The translations under genes and the position numbers were made by a program. This document shows positions 1 through 9,218 of a stretch of DNA of 64,000 nucleotides, piece by piece. This DNA is from a virus. The stretch lies in the IMG/VR virus record IMGVR_UViG_3300027970_000012, positions 1 to 64,000 of that record, one strand, 5' to 3'. The notes below the pieces were generated by a model, which was not told the origin of the DNA, did not search any database, and worked only from the letters and a program-made list of their open reading frames with translations. The stretch's first letter is position 1; every line of letters starts with the position of its first letter.

Positions 1-668
1 TCAAAGTCTTCACCAAATGAGGTAGGATTCTTTTTCAAATACTTTGCGGCTTCTCCTTCACCCTGAAGTTTAGCAAGCAACATCTTAGCTTTAGTTTTAG
101 CTTTCTTGCTGAGCTTAGGCTTGTCTGAACAAGATTTAGCTTCTTCTAGAATTTCAATCGCCCAATCTATGCTCATATTTTCGGCAATCACAGAAGCGTC
201 TTCTACACACTCTGCAAATTCACTATCAATCAAATGTGCAAGAATGTCTTCATAATCTTCACTACGAATGGACTTGAGTAGCTTATTTGCTGTTGAACCT
301 AGAGTATCCTTCCTAAGCCTAGGATGAAGCCTACGAGTGGCTTCAGGAGCATCTTCCTTAGGAGTAGGTGCGGTAGTTCCCATCGCTCTCTCAGAGCGTC
401 TGGAAGGTCTTCCAGTCTCTTTGGCGATAATGGAATCTGCAGCCTTTTCTAGTGCTTCAGCCTTCTTTTCTTCTCTTCTTGCTTTCGCCTTCTGACTTGC
501 TCTTTTGCTGGAAGTCATGACTTCACCAGCATCTTCCATTTCCTTTACTCTAGCCCAACGTGCAGCGAGTCTAGCGTCTCTCTGAGCTTTAGTTTCTTCT
601 GAAAATGCTTCTGCAGATTCAGTGAGATTTTCACTATACATTGATTGATATAGGTCATGAATCTCCAT
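1..668 (-). CDS. Putative internal head protein, partial (runs off window; not in ORF track)
   Basis: ATG at 668 reads MEIHDLYQSMYSENLTESAEAFSEE... open to position 1; contains DYEDILAHLIDSEFAECVEDASVIAENMSIDW, similar to the C-terminal module of 4678..5418; late promoter at 732-738. Confidence 0.75.
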   Translation of the reverse strand, partial: MEIHDLYQSMYSENLTESAEAFSEETKAQRDARLAARWARVKEMEDAGEVMTSSKRASQKAKARREEKKAEALEKAADSIIAKETGRPSRRSERAMGTTAPTPKEDAPEATRRLHPRLRKDTLGSTANKLLKSIRSEDYEDILAHLIDSEFAECVEDASVIAENMSIDWAIEILEEAKSCSDKPKLSKKAKTKAKMLLAKLQGEGEAAKYLKKNPTSFGEDF

Positions 669-731
669 ACTAATTTTATTGGAGGAACCGAATTCTAGAT
701 TACTCATTTAATTAAAACTATACTTTAGTAT

Positions 732-738
732 TATTTAT
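732..738 (-). promoter_or_regulatory. gp55-type late promoter (ATAAATA)
   Basis: ATAAATA on minus strand upstream of ORF starting at 668. Confidence 0.55.
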
Positions 739-1229
739 CATTTCTCACATTCTGTCTTTTCCGTCCATACACCACGAATACCCATAGCACCACCCAATTG
801 ACTTTGCGCTACGCTCTCATCTGGTGAACATTCATAGTAAATAGCATCTTTGACTATAAGTTTTTGAGTTGCTGTATATTTGGACTTTTCAATTTCTTTC
901 AATATAACTGTATTTTTCATATTTGGAACATAGTTTCTTTTTTCTTGTTTCTCATATTCACGTAAAGCTTGGTCTACATCAATCTTAACTTTAAAGTTTA
1001 ATAGCTCAGGGTCTGTTATCATCTGCTGGTCAATTTGTCGTCTTACTTCAGGTAATCCAATATTAAATTTGATTCCAAGAGCTTTTTCAATTTGATAGAA
1101 CTTTTTCCAAAAATCAGTATACGAAAGATTTACTCCACACTTAGAAAGCCCGAATATAATAGAACCTACCACCAGAGTAATAGACAGAGCAGTTGTATTT
1201 TGTTTATTGAAGAATTTAGATACTTTCAT
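738..1229 (-). CDS. Hypothetical membrane-anchored protein
   Basis: 163 aa; N-terminal hydrophobic stretch ending FGLSKC (possible lipobox). Confidence 0.6.
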   Translation of the reverse strand: MKVSKFFNKQNTTALSITLVVGSIIFGLSKCGVNLSYTDFWKKFYQIEKALGIKFNIGLPEVRRQIDQQMITDPELLNFKVKIDVDQALREYEKQEKRNYVPNMKNTVILKEIEKSKYTATQKLIVKDAIYYECSPDESVAQSQLGGAMGIRGVWTEKTECEK

Positions 1230-1901
1230 TTAATCTCTGTCTATTGGTGTTAATCTACCCTTACCTTTAGCGGCTTGTTTTGATGATGAGGGCCTACCTA
1301 CTTTGGCGTATTGGTCACCATCACGATCTATTTTTCCAAATCCCATTCTTTGGTAGAGTTTACCTCTAGCATTTTTTTCTATAATCCGAGTATTTCCTTT
1401 AGAATCTTTATATGTATGGTCATTGGATGATGGGCTATTCATTACTACTGAGTGAGAAGGTAGTCTTGGCTCAACATGTCTTTTCCAAACATATTTGGCA
1501 TTACGTATCATATGTTGCTTTTCTCTATCCGACATTGTGGAGTTATTGTCACTATGACGCCAGGATATTCCATGAGTCGGTTTTCCATCGACAGAATTTT
1601 CGTCGTTAAGTTTATATATATTAAATTCAACTCCAGTTGGTCTATGATGAAATGTTACCATTGTTGTTCCGTGATTTATCTTTAAATGAGGATGAGAATG
1701 TGTCTTCAAATTTGGATTATCCGCACCATGAAAAACATTATCTTTGGTTTTCTCCCAATGTTTATTCTTTTTATATTCACTACTAAATGGCCTACTTTGC
1801 CTATTGAATGCTTTGCTACGTGGAGTTTGTCCAGAAGGTAACTTATCTGTAGGAGCGTAATATTTCTCCACAAGTAGCATAAACTCTTGAAATGTTTTCA
1901 T
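1230..1901 (-). CDS. Putative capsid-targeted internal protein, paralog A
   Basis: Starts MKTFQEFMLLVE (T4 internal-protein CTS-like); basic; NARGKLYQRMGF motif. Confidence 0.7.
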   Translation of the reverse strand: MKTFQEFMLLVEKYYAPTDKLPSGQTPRSKAFNRQSRPFSSEYKKNKHWEKTKDNVFHGADNPNLKTHSHPHLKINHGTTMVTFHHRPTGVEFNIYKLNDENSVDGKPTHGISWRHSDNNSTMSDREKQHMIRNAKYVWKRHVEPRLPSHSVVMNSPSSNDHTYKDSKGNTRIIEKNARGKLYQRMGFGKIDRDGDQYAKVGRPSSSKQAAKGKGRLTPIDRD

Positions 1902-2059
1902 GGCTTAATCGTCATACTCTACGTAATTTAATGGAGTTAATCTCTTTTTACCCTTAGCTGCTTGTTTTGGTGAAAGTGGCCTACCTACTTTAGCATGTTG
2001 ATTTCTGTGAGTCGGATCTATTTTTCCAAATCCCATTCTTTGGTAGAGCTTACCTCTAG
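1325..2059. repeat. Tandem gene duplication; 45-bp near-identical blocks at 1325-1369 and 2015-2059
   Basis: gatctatttttccaaatcccattctttggtagag(t/c)ttacctctag occurs twice with one mismatch. Confidence 0.85.
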
Positions 2060-2606
2060 TGTTTTTAAATTTAGTTCTCAACCCCCCGCTCTCATCTCTA
2101 TATGTGCTATTATTATGTTGAGGACTATTTCTAGCTAAACTATGAGAGGGTAATCTATTTTCAATATGGTCCTTCCACATTTTTTTAGCATTGGTTGCAA
2201 TTACTTGCCTTGTCTTATCACTAGCATTATGTATATTTGGATGAGTATGAGACCAACTCACCAAATGAGTTGGTTTACCATTCACATCATCTTTTTTAGT
2301 GGTTCTATATTTAATTCCAGTTTTTTTATTATAAATATCGTGATTTCCCTGATATGAATCTATCTCTAAATCTGGATGCGGCTTATTGTCCACCTCAGGA
2401 CTATCTGCACCTCGTGCAACTTCCCAATGTGTTCTACGTCTTTGAATATGTTGTCTAGTGAGTTGTCTTCTTCCTGTTTTGCTTATTGAAACAGGCCCAT
2501 AAGCTTTGGCTTTAGCCTTTTCTCTAGGGGTTTTTCCTGAAGGAAGTTTTTCATTAGGTTCATAATATTTTTCTACCAGTAATATAAACTCTTGAAAGGT
2601 TCTCAT
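1905..2606 (-). CDS. Putative capsid-targeted internal protein, paralog B
   Basis: Starts MRTFQEFILLVE; colinear with 1230..1901. Confidence 0.7.
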   Translation of the reverse strand: MRTFQEFILLVEKYYEPNEKLPSGKTPREKAKAKAYGPVSISKTGRRQLTRQHIQRRRTHWEVARGADSPEVDNKPHPDLEIDSYQGNHDIYNKKTGIKYRTTKKDDVNGKPTHLVSWSHTHPNIHNASDKTRQVIATNAKKMWKDHIENRLPSHSLARNSPQHNNSTYRDESGGLRTKFKNTRGKLYQRMGFGKIDPTHRNQHAKVGRPLSPKQAAKGKKRLTPLNYVEYDD

Positions 2607-2609
2607 AAA

Positions 2610-2984
2610 TCAACCTTCAATATATTCCTTCCAATACTCATAGGAGGTTTGTGGACGAGAGGTTTCTTCATTCGTCAGTTCACCATCAGCTTCAGTATCT
2701 TGAGTGTCTTCTTCTGGTTCATCTATTTGAATCATAGATTTCCAATATTGATAAGGAGTCATTTCAACCTCTTCTTGAAGTTCTTTCTTGGGTCTGTGCT
2801 TGTATGGAGAATTATATTGAATTTTTCGTATAGATTTTTTGATATTTCTACCTGGCTTATGATTGTCTCCAGGAGCGGCTACTGCAGTAATGGCTTCATA
2901 AATCTCTTCCCAAGTATATTCACTTAAATCATATCCTTCTTCTACTAGAGCGTCTACCCACTCATTAAATTCTTCGTAATTCAT
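2610..2984 (-). CDS. Acidic hypothetical protein, probable internal head protein
   Basis: LVEEGYDLSEYTWEEIYEA module; internal repeat TPYQYWKSMI / TSYEYWKEYI; late promoter 3007-3013. Confidence 0.65.
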   Translation of the reverse strand: MNYEEFNEWVDALVEEGYDLSEYTWEEIYEAITAVAAPGDNHKPGRNIKKSIRKIQYNSPYKHRPKKELQEEVEMTPYQYWKSMIQIDEPEEDTQDTEADGELTNEETSRPQTSYEYWKEYIEG

Positions 2985-3020
2985 TTTTTGGTATTCCTAC
3001 TAAGAGTATTTATTCAAAGT

Positions 3021-4652
3021 CTATTTTTTAGCTTGATATGACCTAGTGACGACTTCTCCAGACTTAGTTGGATGTGCTAGATGAGTTTTGATTTTTGGCG
3101 CACTTGGAGTTGAAGTTTTATGAGCTTGAAAGGCTTTATGAACCTTTACAGCATCATCATACATATGAATTTTTTTAGCATCCAATCTCTTTGCAAGATT
3201 TTTTGCAATCTCTAACTTCTTCTTACCAATATCTGGTCCTTTCATTCCTCCAGTGTAATGAATTTTATTCTGTGGAACTTTAAGTCCGTGCTTTTTGAAT
3301 TGTGAATGAAATTCTTTTGGGTCATCAAACTTTGCACGAGCAGTAATTAAATGAACATTATGCCCTCTTGCCTCTTTTCTCTTAATATCCTTCACTACTC
3401 TCTTGTTTGGAGAGGAAGTTTCTTTAAATTTTTTAGCACTTCTGAATTCACTAAAATCATAATCGTGGCCTGGAGCCAATTTATGAGTATTGAATTCTTG
3501 ATTGGTTAAACTCTGAACTCTCTTTCCAGAAGAGTCCTTTACGTGAACCTGCACATTTGGTCTGTTACCCTTTCCGTGAGTAAAAATTGTTTCGTCCACA
3601 TCATAAGCGTGAACAGTTCTCTTTGGACGAGTTCCTCTTGATTTTTCTTGTAGATACCCAAATGCTTCTTTAAGTTTCGCACTGGGCAAAGAATAAATTC
3701 TTTCCAATGATTTTCTATTTTTTCCCAGCTCAACATTCTGTTTGGAGACTTTTTTCTTTTCCTGTGCAGCAAGCTTTTTAAGATTTGGGTCTTCATTTTC
3801 ACCACCACGCATATGTACTCCAATCTCAGCTACTCTTTTAGCTCTATTAGAGAGTTCCATTGCCTTACGGTCTGCATTGAGACCTGATGCTACATTTGCA
3901 CCCGACACTAGATTTGAAATTTTATTTAGAGAACGATTTGCTCTTTTATTATTAAAATTTTGAAATTTCTCAGAAAGATAATTCTGCATAGCTTCAAAAT
4001 CTTCTTTCGCCAAGTATCCATTGGACCAAAACTCATCCCACTTTCTTTTTGCAGCCTGAGCATGACCTCTTGAAGATGGAGTAAATCCAGGAATATTAGA
4101 CCTAATTCTACGAACTGGTTGTGAGAAAGATGCTCTAGGAGTATGAGTTTTTGAAACTCTCTTAATTGGTGCTCTTACAATATGATACTTTGGAACTTCA
4201 GGTAGAGGCTTTACTGCATCCTCTTCCTCTCTTCTTTCAATTCTATCTTTTTTTGAAAGTGCTCTCTTCGGATTTCCAGAACGAAACGCAACTTTTACTC
4301 CTTTGGGTAGGTTATTACTTCCCGCACTTGGAGAATATTGAGCATTTCCAACTTTTTCTAAATTCTTATAACGTTCTCTATGAGAAAGATACTCACTTTT
4401 AGAAACGCCTTCATCCAAGTCAAAAGCTTCTCCAATCTTACTCTTAGAGAAGAAATCTACAATCTTTCTTTCTTTCCGTGCTTTTGGTGAAGCTGATTCT
4501 TCTCTGCGCTGCTTTCTCTTTGCTAAAATCTCTTCTGCTTTTTGTTGAAAGGATTTTTGACCAGAAATATCTGGATGATTAGATGCACGTGCCTCTAAGA
4601 ACAATTCAACAAAAACATCATAATTTTTTGGATAACTACTCATTGATATCAA
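3021..4652 (-). CDS. Multi-segment protein with C-terminal HAD-family phosphatase
   Basis: HAD motifs HAYDVDETIF, LITAR, MYDD in the last ~200 aa; repeated acidic L-x-E linkers upstream. Confidence 0.7.
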   Translation of the reverse strand: MISMSSYPKNYDVFVELFLEARASNHPDISGQKSFQQKAEEILAKRKQRREESASPKARKERKIVDFFSKSKIGEAFDLDEGVSKSEYLSHRERYKNLEKVGNAQYSPSAGSNNLPKGVKVAFRSGNPKRALSKKDRIERREEEDAVKPLPEVPKYHIVRAPIKRVSKTHTPRASFSQPVRRIRSNIPGFTPSSRGHAQAAKRKWDEFWSNGYLAKEDFEAMQNYLSEKFQNFNNKRANRSLNKISNLVSGANVASGLNADRKAMELSNRAKRVAEIGVHMRGGENEDPNLKKLAAQEKKKVSKQNVELGKNRKSLERIYSLPSAKLKEAFGYLQEKSRGTRPKRTVHAYDVDETIFTHGKGNRPNVQVHVKDSSGKRVQSLTNQEFNTHKLAPGHDYDFSEFRSAKKFKETSSPNKRVVKDIKRKEARGHNVHLITARAKFDDPKEFHSQFKKHGLKVPQNKIHYTGGMKGPDIGKKKLEIAKNLAKRLDAKKIHMYDDAVKVHKAFQAHKTSTPSAPKIKTHLAHPTKSGEVVTRSYQAKK

Positions 4653-4661
4653 TCCTTTTTA

Positions 4662-4679
4662 GATATTTATATAAATATC
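4662..4679. promoter_or_regulatory. Palindromic late promoter (TATAAATA on both strands)
   Basis: Perfect 18-bp palindrome gatatttatataaatatc. Confidence 0.6.
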
Positions 4680-5418
4680 AAGCTTCTTGAGTAGTATAAT
4701 TATCAACTATACTAGATTTCCAAGCTTCACTCATATTCGTCATAATAGCTAGAGCAGACTCTACAGAATTCACATAACCTTCATCTAGAAGATGGTCTAG
4801 AATTATATCATACGCATCTACAGATTCCTTGGTAGGAATAGGTCTATTCATTAAAGGATTTGGAGTCTTAGGCCTATTTGCTAACGATGGATTTGCGAGT
4901 GCCCAAGTAGATTTACCTGTTGCTTCTGCACCCTTAACATCTCCAACTTTAATTTGAGATTTATAGACGGAGGTTCCACCCTGAATCTTCTGTTGAGTTG
5001 TTGCGTTCGCAGAAGAAGAATTAGAAGCTGCAGTGGGCTTAGGTGCGGTTGGCTTGATTGCAGGCGTAGAAATAGGCTTAGAGGCTTGTGGTTTAGCTAC
5101 TGGAGTAGGTCTTACTACCGAAGTTGGTCTTGTAGCTACAGGTTTAGGAGCTTGTGAGTTAACTGTCGGAGTTGGTGTAGTTGCGAATGTTTTTTGTACT
5201 GGCGCCCCAACACGACTACCAGCATATCCTGTGGCGTTTGGAGCTATCTTATATGATGGTGGATTTATTCTTTTTCCAGAGTTGGGTGCAACTGTTGCTC
5301 TTTGCTTAGCTGCTGCGGCATAACCAGGAAGAACGGCACCAGCTTCATTTATAGAAGACTCATCAGAATATACTTGACCATATGCTTCGTATAAATTCTG
5401 TAGATTGATATGGTCCAT
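4678..5418 (-). CDS. Pro/Thr/Ala-rich putative internal head protein
   Basis: N-terminal LYEAYGQVYSDESSINEA; C-terminal YDIILDHLLDEGYVNSVESALAIMTNMSEAW; TATAAATA at 5445-5452. Confidence 0.7.
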   Translation of the reverse strand: MDHINLQNLYEAYGQVYSDESSINEAGAVLPGYAAAAKQRATVAPNSGKRINPPSYKIAPNATGYAGSRVGAPVQKTFATTPTPTVNSQAPKPVATRPTSVVRPTPVAKPQASKPISTPAIKPTAPKPTAASNSSSANATTQQKIQGGTSVYKSQIKVGDVKGAEATGKSTWALANPSLANRPKTPNPLMNRPIPTKESVDAYDIILDHLLDEGYVNSVESALAIMTNMSEAWKSSIVDNYTTQEA

Positions 5419-5447
5419 TTTAATTACTATAGCTACCTATGAGTTAT

Positions 5448-5693
5448 TTATATAATATCTAAAATATCACAAAATTCTCTAAAGGTTTTCTTTGTTCCTT
5501 CACGAGTTTTCAACCATTCATCTGGAGTCTTTCCCTCATTCGCATTCTTAAATCCATAATGTAATTCTTTTGCAGTAAGAGAATACTTCTTCATTAGTAT
5601 TCTCATTGCAGAATCAATGGAATCATATGTTGGATTCGGAAGTTTCTCTAAACTTCGTTTCAACTCAGTAATGATTTTGAAATCAATCTTCAT
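5448..5693 (-). CDS. Hypothetical protein with CTS-like motif at the C terminus
   Basis: 81 aa ending KKTFREFCDILDII. Confidence 0.6.
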   Translation of the reverse strand: MKIDFKIITELKRSLEKLPNPTYDSIDSAMRILMKKYSLTAKELHYGFKNANEGKTPDEWLKTREGTKKTFREFCDILDII

Positions 5694-5967
5694 CTTTTAC
5701 TTTCTTCTTCTTTTTCTTCTTTTTAACTGGAGTTCCTGCAAGACCGTTCTCTCTCATCTTCTGTAGAAATCTTGATGTTCTACTTCCTCTACTTTCCTCT
5801 TCATCACCTAAGGGACCAAGAGTATCTTTTGAATGCTGACGAAACATATCATCAGCATACGATTCATTGTGATTCATAATCGCTTCCAACAGATAATTAA
5901 CTTCATTCAACTCTAGTCTTTTTTTTCTTCTATTTAAAATTTCGTCTATGTTTTGCATAACATTCAA
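5683..5967 (-). CDS. Hypothetical protein, Lys-rich tail
   Basis: 94 aa ORF behind late promoter at 5987-5993. Confidence 0.55.
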   Translation of the reverse strand: MNVMQNIDEILNRRKKRLELNEVNYLLEAIMNHNESYADDMFRQHSKDTLGPLGDEEESRGSRTSRFLQKMRENGLAGTPVKKKKKKKKVKDED

Positions 5968-6005
5968 AGATTTGAACCTTTAGATGTATTTATGTTCTCA
6001 TTAAA

Positions 6006-8120
6006 CTACAATTTAAAGTTTACAAAGGTATCAGTGTCAATATCTTGTTTGATTGCTCCTACTAAATACGAAATTTTTTCAGTCTCCTGTGGGCTTTCTT
6101 GAACTTCCTTACTATTCAACCAATGTGAAGTCCAGGGTAAAGGATTATTCTTTGCGGGAATATCAAACATAGGAGCTAATCCAATTGCCTTTCTTCTACG
6201 ATTTGCAATCCAATCCACGTAATTGAAAAGTAATTTGTCGTTCAATCCAATCATACTTCCATCACGAAACAGATACTGTGCCCATCGTTTTTCTTCATTC
6301 ACAGCAAGTTCAAACATTTTATCTACATAATGTTTCTCTTCCTGAATGATTCCAAGCATTTCTGGGTCATCTCCCTGCCTCCATTTAGTGAGAATTTTTT
6401 GTGTGAGATTTAAATGACAATTTCCAGATACAATGACTTTATTCTCATAACGAACAACTAACATTCCACTGGGAACGGAGACACAGAATACATCTCCATC
6501 ATAGTTATAAGTTGAAGTTGTTTTTGGTTTGGCTCCAGCGCAATAGTAATCTCTATCTTGAATGATGGTTATGCGATGAACATTCTTATATCTATCCTGT
6601 CTATGGTCTATTTGAATACCTCTATGTGCTCTTCTTCCAGAAAGAGCGGCAATGGCTTGAACCATATCAGCTACATCTGAATTTGTAGTAGAGAAATAAA
6701 TGTTAGAATAATCTCCATTTCTTAGATGACCATCCCAGTGAGAAAGCTCTTCTAGAAATTCAATACACCAAGCGCCACCAACTTCTTCTAGATTAACCCA
6801 AGAGAAATCCTTAACAACATCGTGCTCTATAGGAACCCATACAGTATACACGTAAGAAATTTTATCATTATGTATAAATTCTATTTTCGTATGTCTAAAT
6901 TGAATCTGCTCTAGAATATGGTCCAGCCTATCAATTTTTCTGGGTTTTGTAAGAGTAAAAGTTGTAATATTACACCCATTGAATTTTCCATTTCTGAGGT
7001 CTTTATTCTGTATTGACCCATCTGCCTGCAGAGCAATTTTAAATCTTTCAACATATGAAAGTTCGGCTCTACCACCAGTTTTAACCCCAGAAGCAATAAA
7101 ATGTTTCAAAAAAGAAGAATTAAATTCTTCCGCAGTATTTTCTTTAATGTCTCTAGTGATGCTATCTCTCCAGATAATTCTATGGTCTGGGGTGACTACC
7201 TGTTTGAAGTGTCCTTTGATATTGGAGAACTCATACACTAAACCAGAATGAGGTTTTTTAGTGTAATGTAATGGATGCACAAATTCAATTGAACCATTCG
7301 TATTATATTGAGCCACTTTTTCTGTCTGGTCTAGGTCCTCAAATTTCTTCCATCCAATTGGTGTTAAAACTTCAGTTCCTTTCACAAAACAGCTTTCATC
7401 ACGCGAAATCAGTGAGATAATCTTGGCCGAACCTTCCATCAGTTTTAGCTCACCAAAAGCGAAACTACAGGCGAAGCTCACATAAAAGCGAATTCCTTCA
7501 AGAATATTCACATTCATAATTGCCCGATATAGCTTCCGTTTCAGTTCTATTCTTGTGGATAATCCGACATCAATTCCTTCATTCGCAAATCTCCACATAT
7601 TTGTAGAGCCATATTGTTGAGCATAATTGATAAAGTCATTATAGGACTCAGTTACTGATGCCGCTCTCTCTAGAATCATCTCATCATGAATGATAGTATC
7701 AAATACTTCTGTTGGATTTGCATATACATTTTTGATGATATGAGTATATGAGCGACTATGAATCATCTCAAAGAACTCCCAGGCAGTCATCGCAGCTTCC
7801 AATTCAGGAAGAGAGCAATAAGGAATGAATGCCATTCCTGGTCCTCTTCCTTGAACGCTATCTAATAGAATTTGATACTTTAGATTTGAAGTGAATATAT
7901 GCTTCTGTTCTGGGCGAAGAGTCATATAATCAGATTTATCTTTCTGTAAAGAAATCTCCTCGGGTCTCCAGAAGAAACTCAATTGTTGTTGAGTGAGTTT
8001 TTCAAATTCTGGGTATTTGAATGTGTCATATCTTTGAACTCCTAGAGGAGCCCCAAAGAACATAGGTGATTTAGTCGTATCAATATCCTCGGTATTAAAT
8101 ACCGTCATTCCATTTATCAT
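6006..8120 (-). CDS. nrdB: Ribonucleotide reductase class Ia beta subunit, intein-containing
   Basis: FFWRPEEI, LLDSVQGR, EMIHSRSY, LEGIRFYVSF, RDES/CHL, PQETEKISY. Confidence 0.96.
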   Translation of the reverse strand: MINGMTVFNTEDIDTTKSPMFFGAPLGVQRYDTFKYPEFEKLTQQQLSFFWRPEEISLQKDKSDYMTLRPEQKHIFTSNLKYQILLDSVQGRGPGMAFIPYCSLPELEAAMTAWEFFEMIHSRSYTHIIKNVYANPTEVFDTIIHDEMILERAASVTESYNDFINYAQQYGSTNMWRFANEGIDVGLSTRIELKRKLYRAIMNVNILEGIRFYVSFACSFAFGELKLMEGSAKIISLISRDESCFVKGTEVLTPIGWKKFEDLDQTEKVAQYNTNGSIEFVHPLHYTKKPHSGLVYEFSNIKGHFKQVVTPDHRIIWRDSITRDIKENTAEEFNSSFLKHFIASGVKTGGRAELSYVERFKIALQADGSIQNKDLRNGKFNGCNITTFTLTKPRKIDRLDHILEQIQFRHTKIEFIHNDKISYVYTVWVPIEHDVVKDFSWVNLEEVGGAWCIEFLEELSHWDGHLRNGDYSNIYFSTTNSDVADMVQAIAALSGRRAHRGIQIDHRQDRYKNVHRITIIQDRDYYCAGAKPKTTSTYNYDGDVFCVSVPSGMLVVRYENKVIVSGNCHLNLTQKILTKWRQGDDPEMLGIIQEEKHYVDKMFELAVNEEKRWAQYLFRDGSMIGLNDKLLFNYVDWIANRRRKAIGLAPMFDIPAKNNPLPWTSHWLNSKEVQESPQETEKISYLVGAIKQDIDTDTFVNFKL
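6420..7391 (-). mobile_element. NrdB intein (324 aa) with LAGLIDADG endonuclease
   Basis: RDES|CFVKGTEVLTPIGW...VTPDHRI...DVFCVSVPSG...VIVSGN|C; IALQADGS and LSHWDGH blocks. Confidence 0.93.
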
Positions 8121-8129
8121 AATATTACC

Positions 8130-9218
8130 TTAAATTGAACAGCTATCACAAGTTTCATCTTGTGAGTTTAAAATTTCATCAATCAAATTTTGAGTTTCAT
8201 CCTTCGCAGAGGAATCAGTTTTTCCATCATATGTGTTTTGATAGTAAGCAGTTTTATGTCCTTTAGCATATGCGGAAAGAAAATCATTTACAATCACGCT
8301 CATTGGAACTTCATTATTTGGATAGTGCTCTGGATTGTAATTCCAATTTGCACTAATAGCTTGGTCAAAGAACTTCTGAATCATCGCAACAATATTAAAG
8401 TATCCCTCATTGGATTTAATATCCCACAATAGAGTATAATTATTTTTGAGTGTATTATACTGTGGGACGATTTGCTTAATAGGTCCTTTCTTTGATTGTT
8501 TGATGGATAGATAACCTCTAGGAGGCTCAATTCCATTTGTAGCATTAGAGGTCACACTAGATGACTCACTGGGAAGAATGCAAGTAAGAGTATTATTTCT
8601 CAGGCCATATTGAATGATACTCTGACGTAATTCTTCCCAATCGTGTTGATATGAGACCTCGCAGATATCATCAATTTCTTTTTTGTAGGTGTCTATGGGT
8701 AGAATTCCCTGAGAATATTTGGACTGATAAAAATCAGAACAAACTCCCTTCTCCTTAGCTAATTGATTTGAAGCCTTAAGTAGGTAATATTGAATACTTT
8801 CCGCAAGACCGTGAACTGCTTTCCAAGCTTCTGGGTCTTCATATTTGAATCCTAGTTTTGCAAGATAATGTGCAAGCCCAATAACCCCTATTCCTAAAGT
8901 TCTTCCTCCTTTTGCAGAAAGTTCAGCAGCTCTAATTGGATAGGACTGATAATCAATCAATTCGTCTAAAGACCTGACACACAAATCACACAATTCTTCA
9001 AGTTCTTCATCAGACTTAATTTTACCTACGTTTAAAGCTTTTAGAATACACAATGCAATTCTTCCGTTCTCATCTTCAAGACTTTGAATAGGTTTTGTTA
9101 GAAGAGTTATTTCTGTACAATTATGAATTAAGATATCATTCGCAAAGAAATTATGATTATCCTCCACAGTAATATCATATACTGGAATTTCGTTTTCAAG
9201 ATGTTCAATTTTTAGCAT
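8130..9218 (-). CDS. nrdA: NrdA C-terminal fragment fused to split-intein C part (9120..9218, 33 aa)
   Basis: MLKIEHLENEIPVYDITVEDNHNFFANDILIHN|CTEI; then ILPSESSS, ATNGIEPP, KTAYYQNT and terminal CDSC. Confidence 0.95.
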   Translation of the reverse strand: MLKIEHLENEIPVYDITVEDNHNFFANDILIHNCTEITLLTKPIQSLEDENGRIALCILKALNVGKIKSDEELEELCDLCVRSLDELIDYQSYPIRAAELSAKGGRTLGIGVIGLAHYLAKLGFKYEDPEAWKAVHGLAESIQYYLLKASNQLAKEKGVCSDFYQSKYSQGILPIDTYKKEIDDICEVSYQHDWEELRQSIIQYGLRNNTLTCILPSESSSVTSNATNGIEPPRGYLSIKQSKKGPIKQIVPQYNTLKNNYTLLWDIKSNEGYFNIVAMIQKFFDQAISANWNYNPEHYPNNEVPMSVIVNDFLSAYAKGHKTAYYQNTYDGKTDSSAKDETQNLIDEILNSQDETCDSCSI

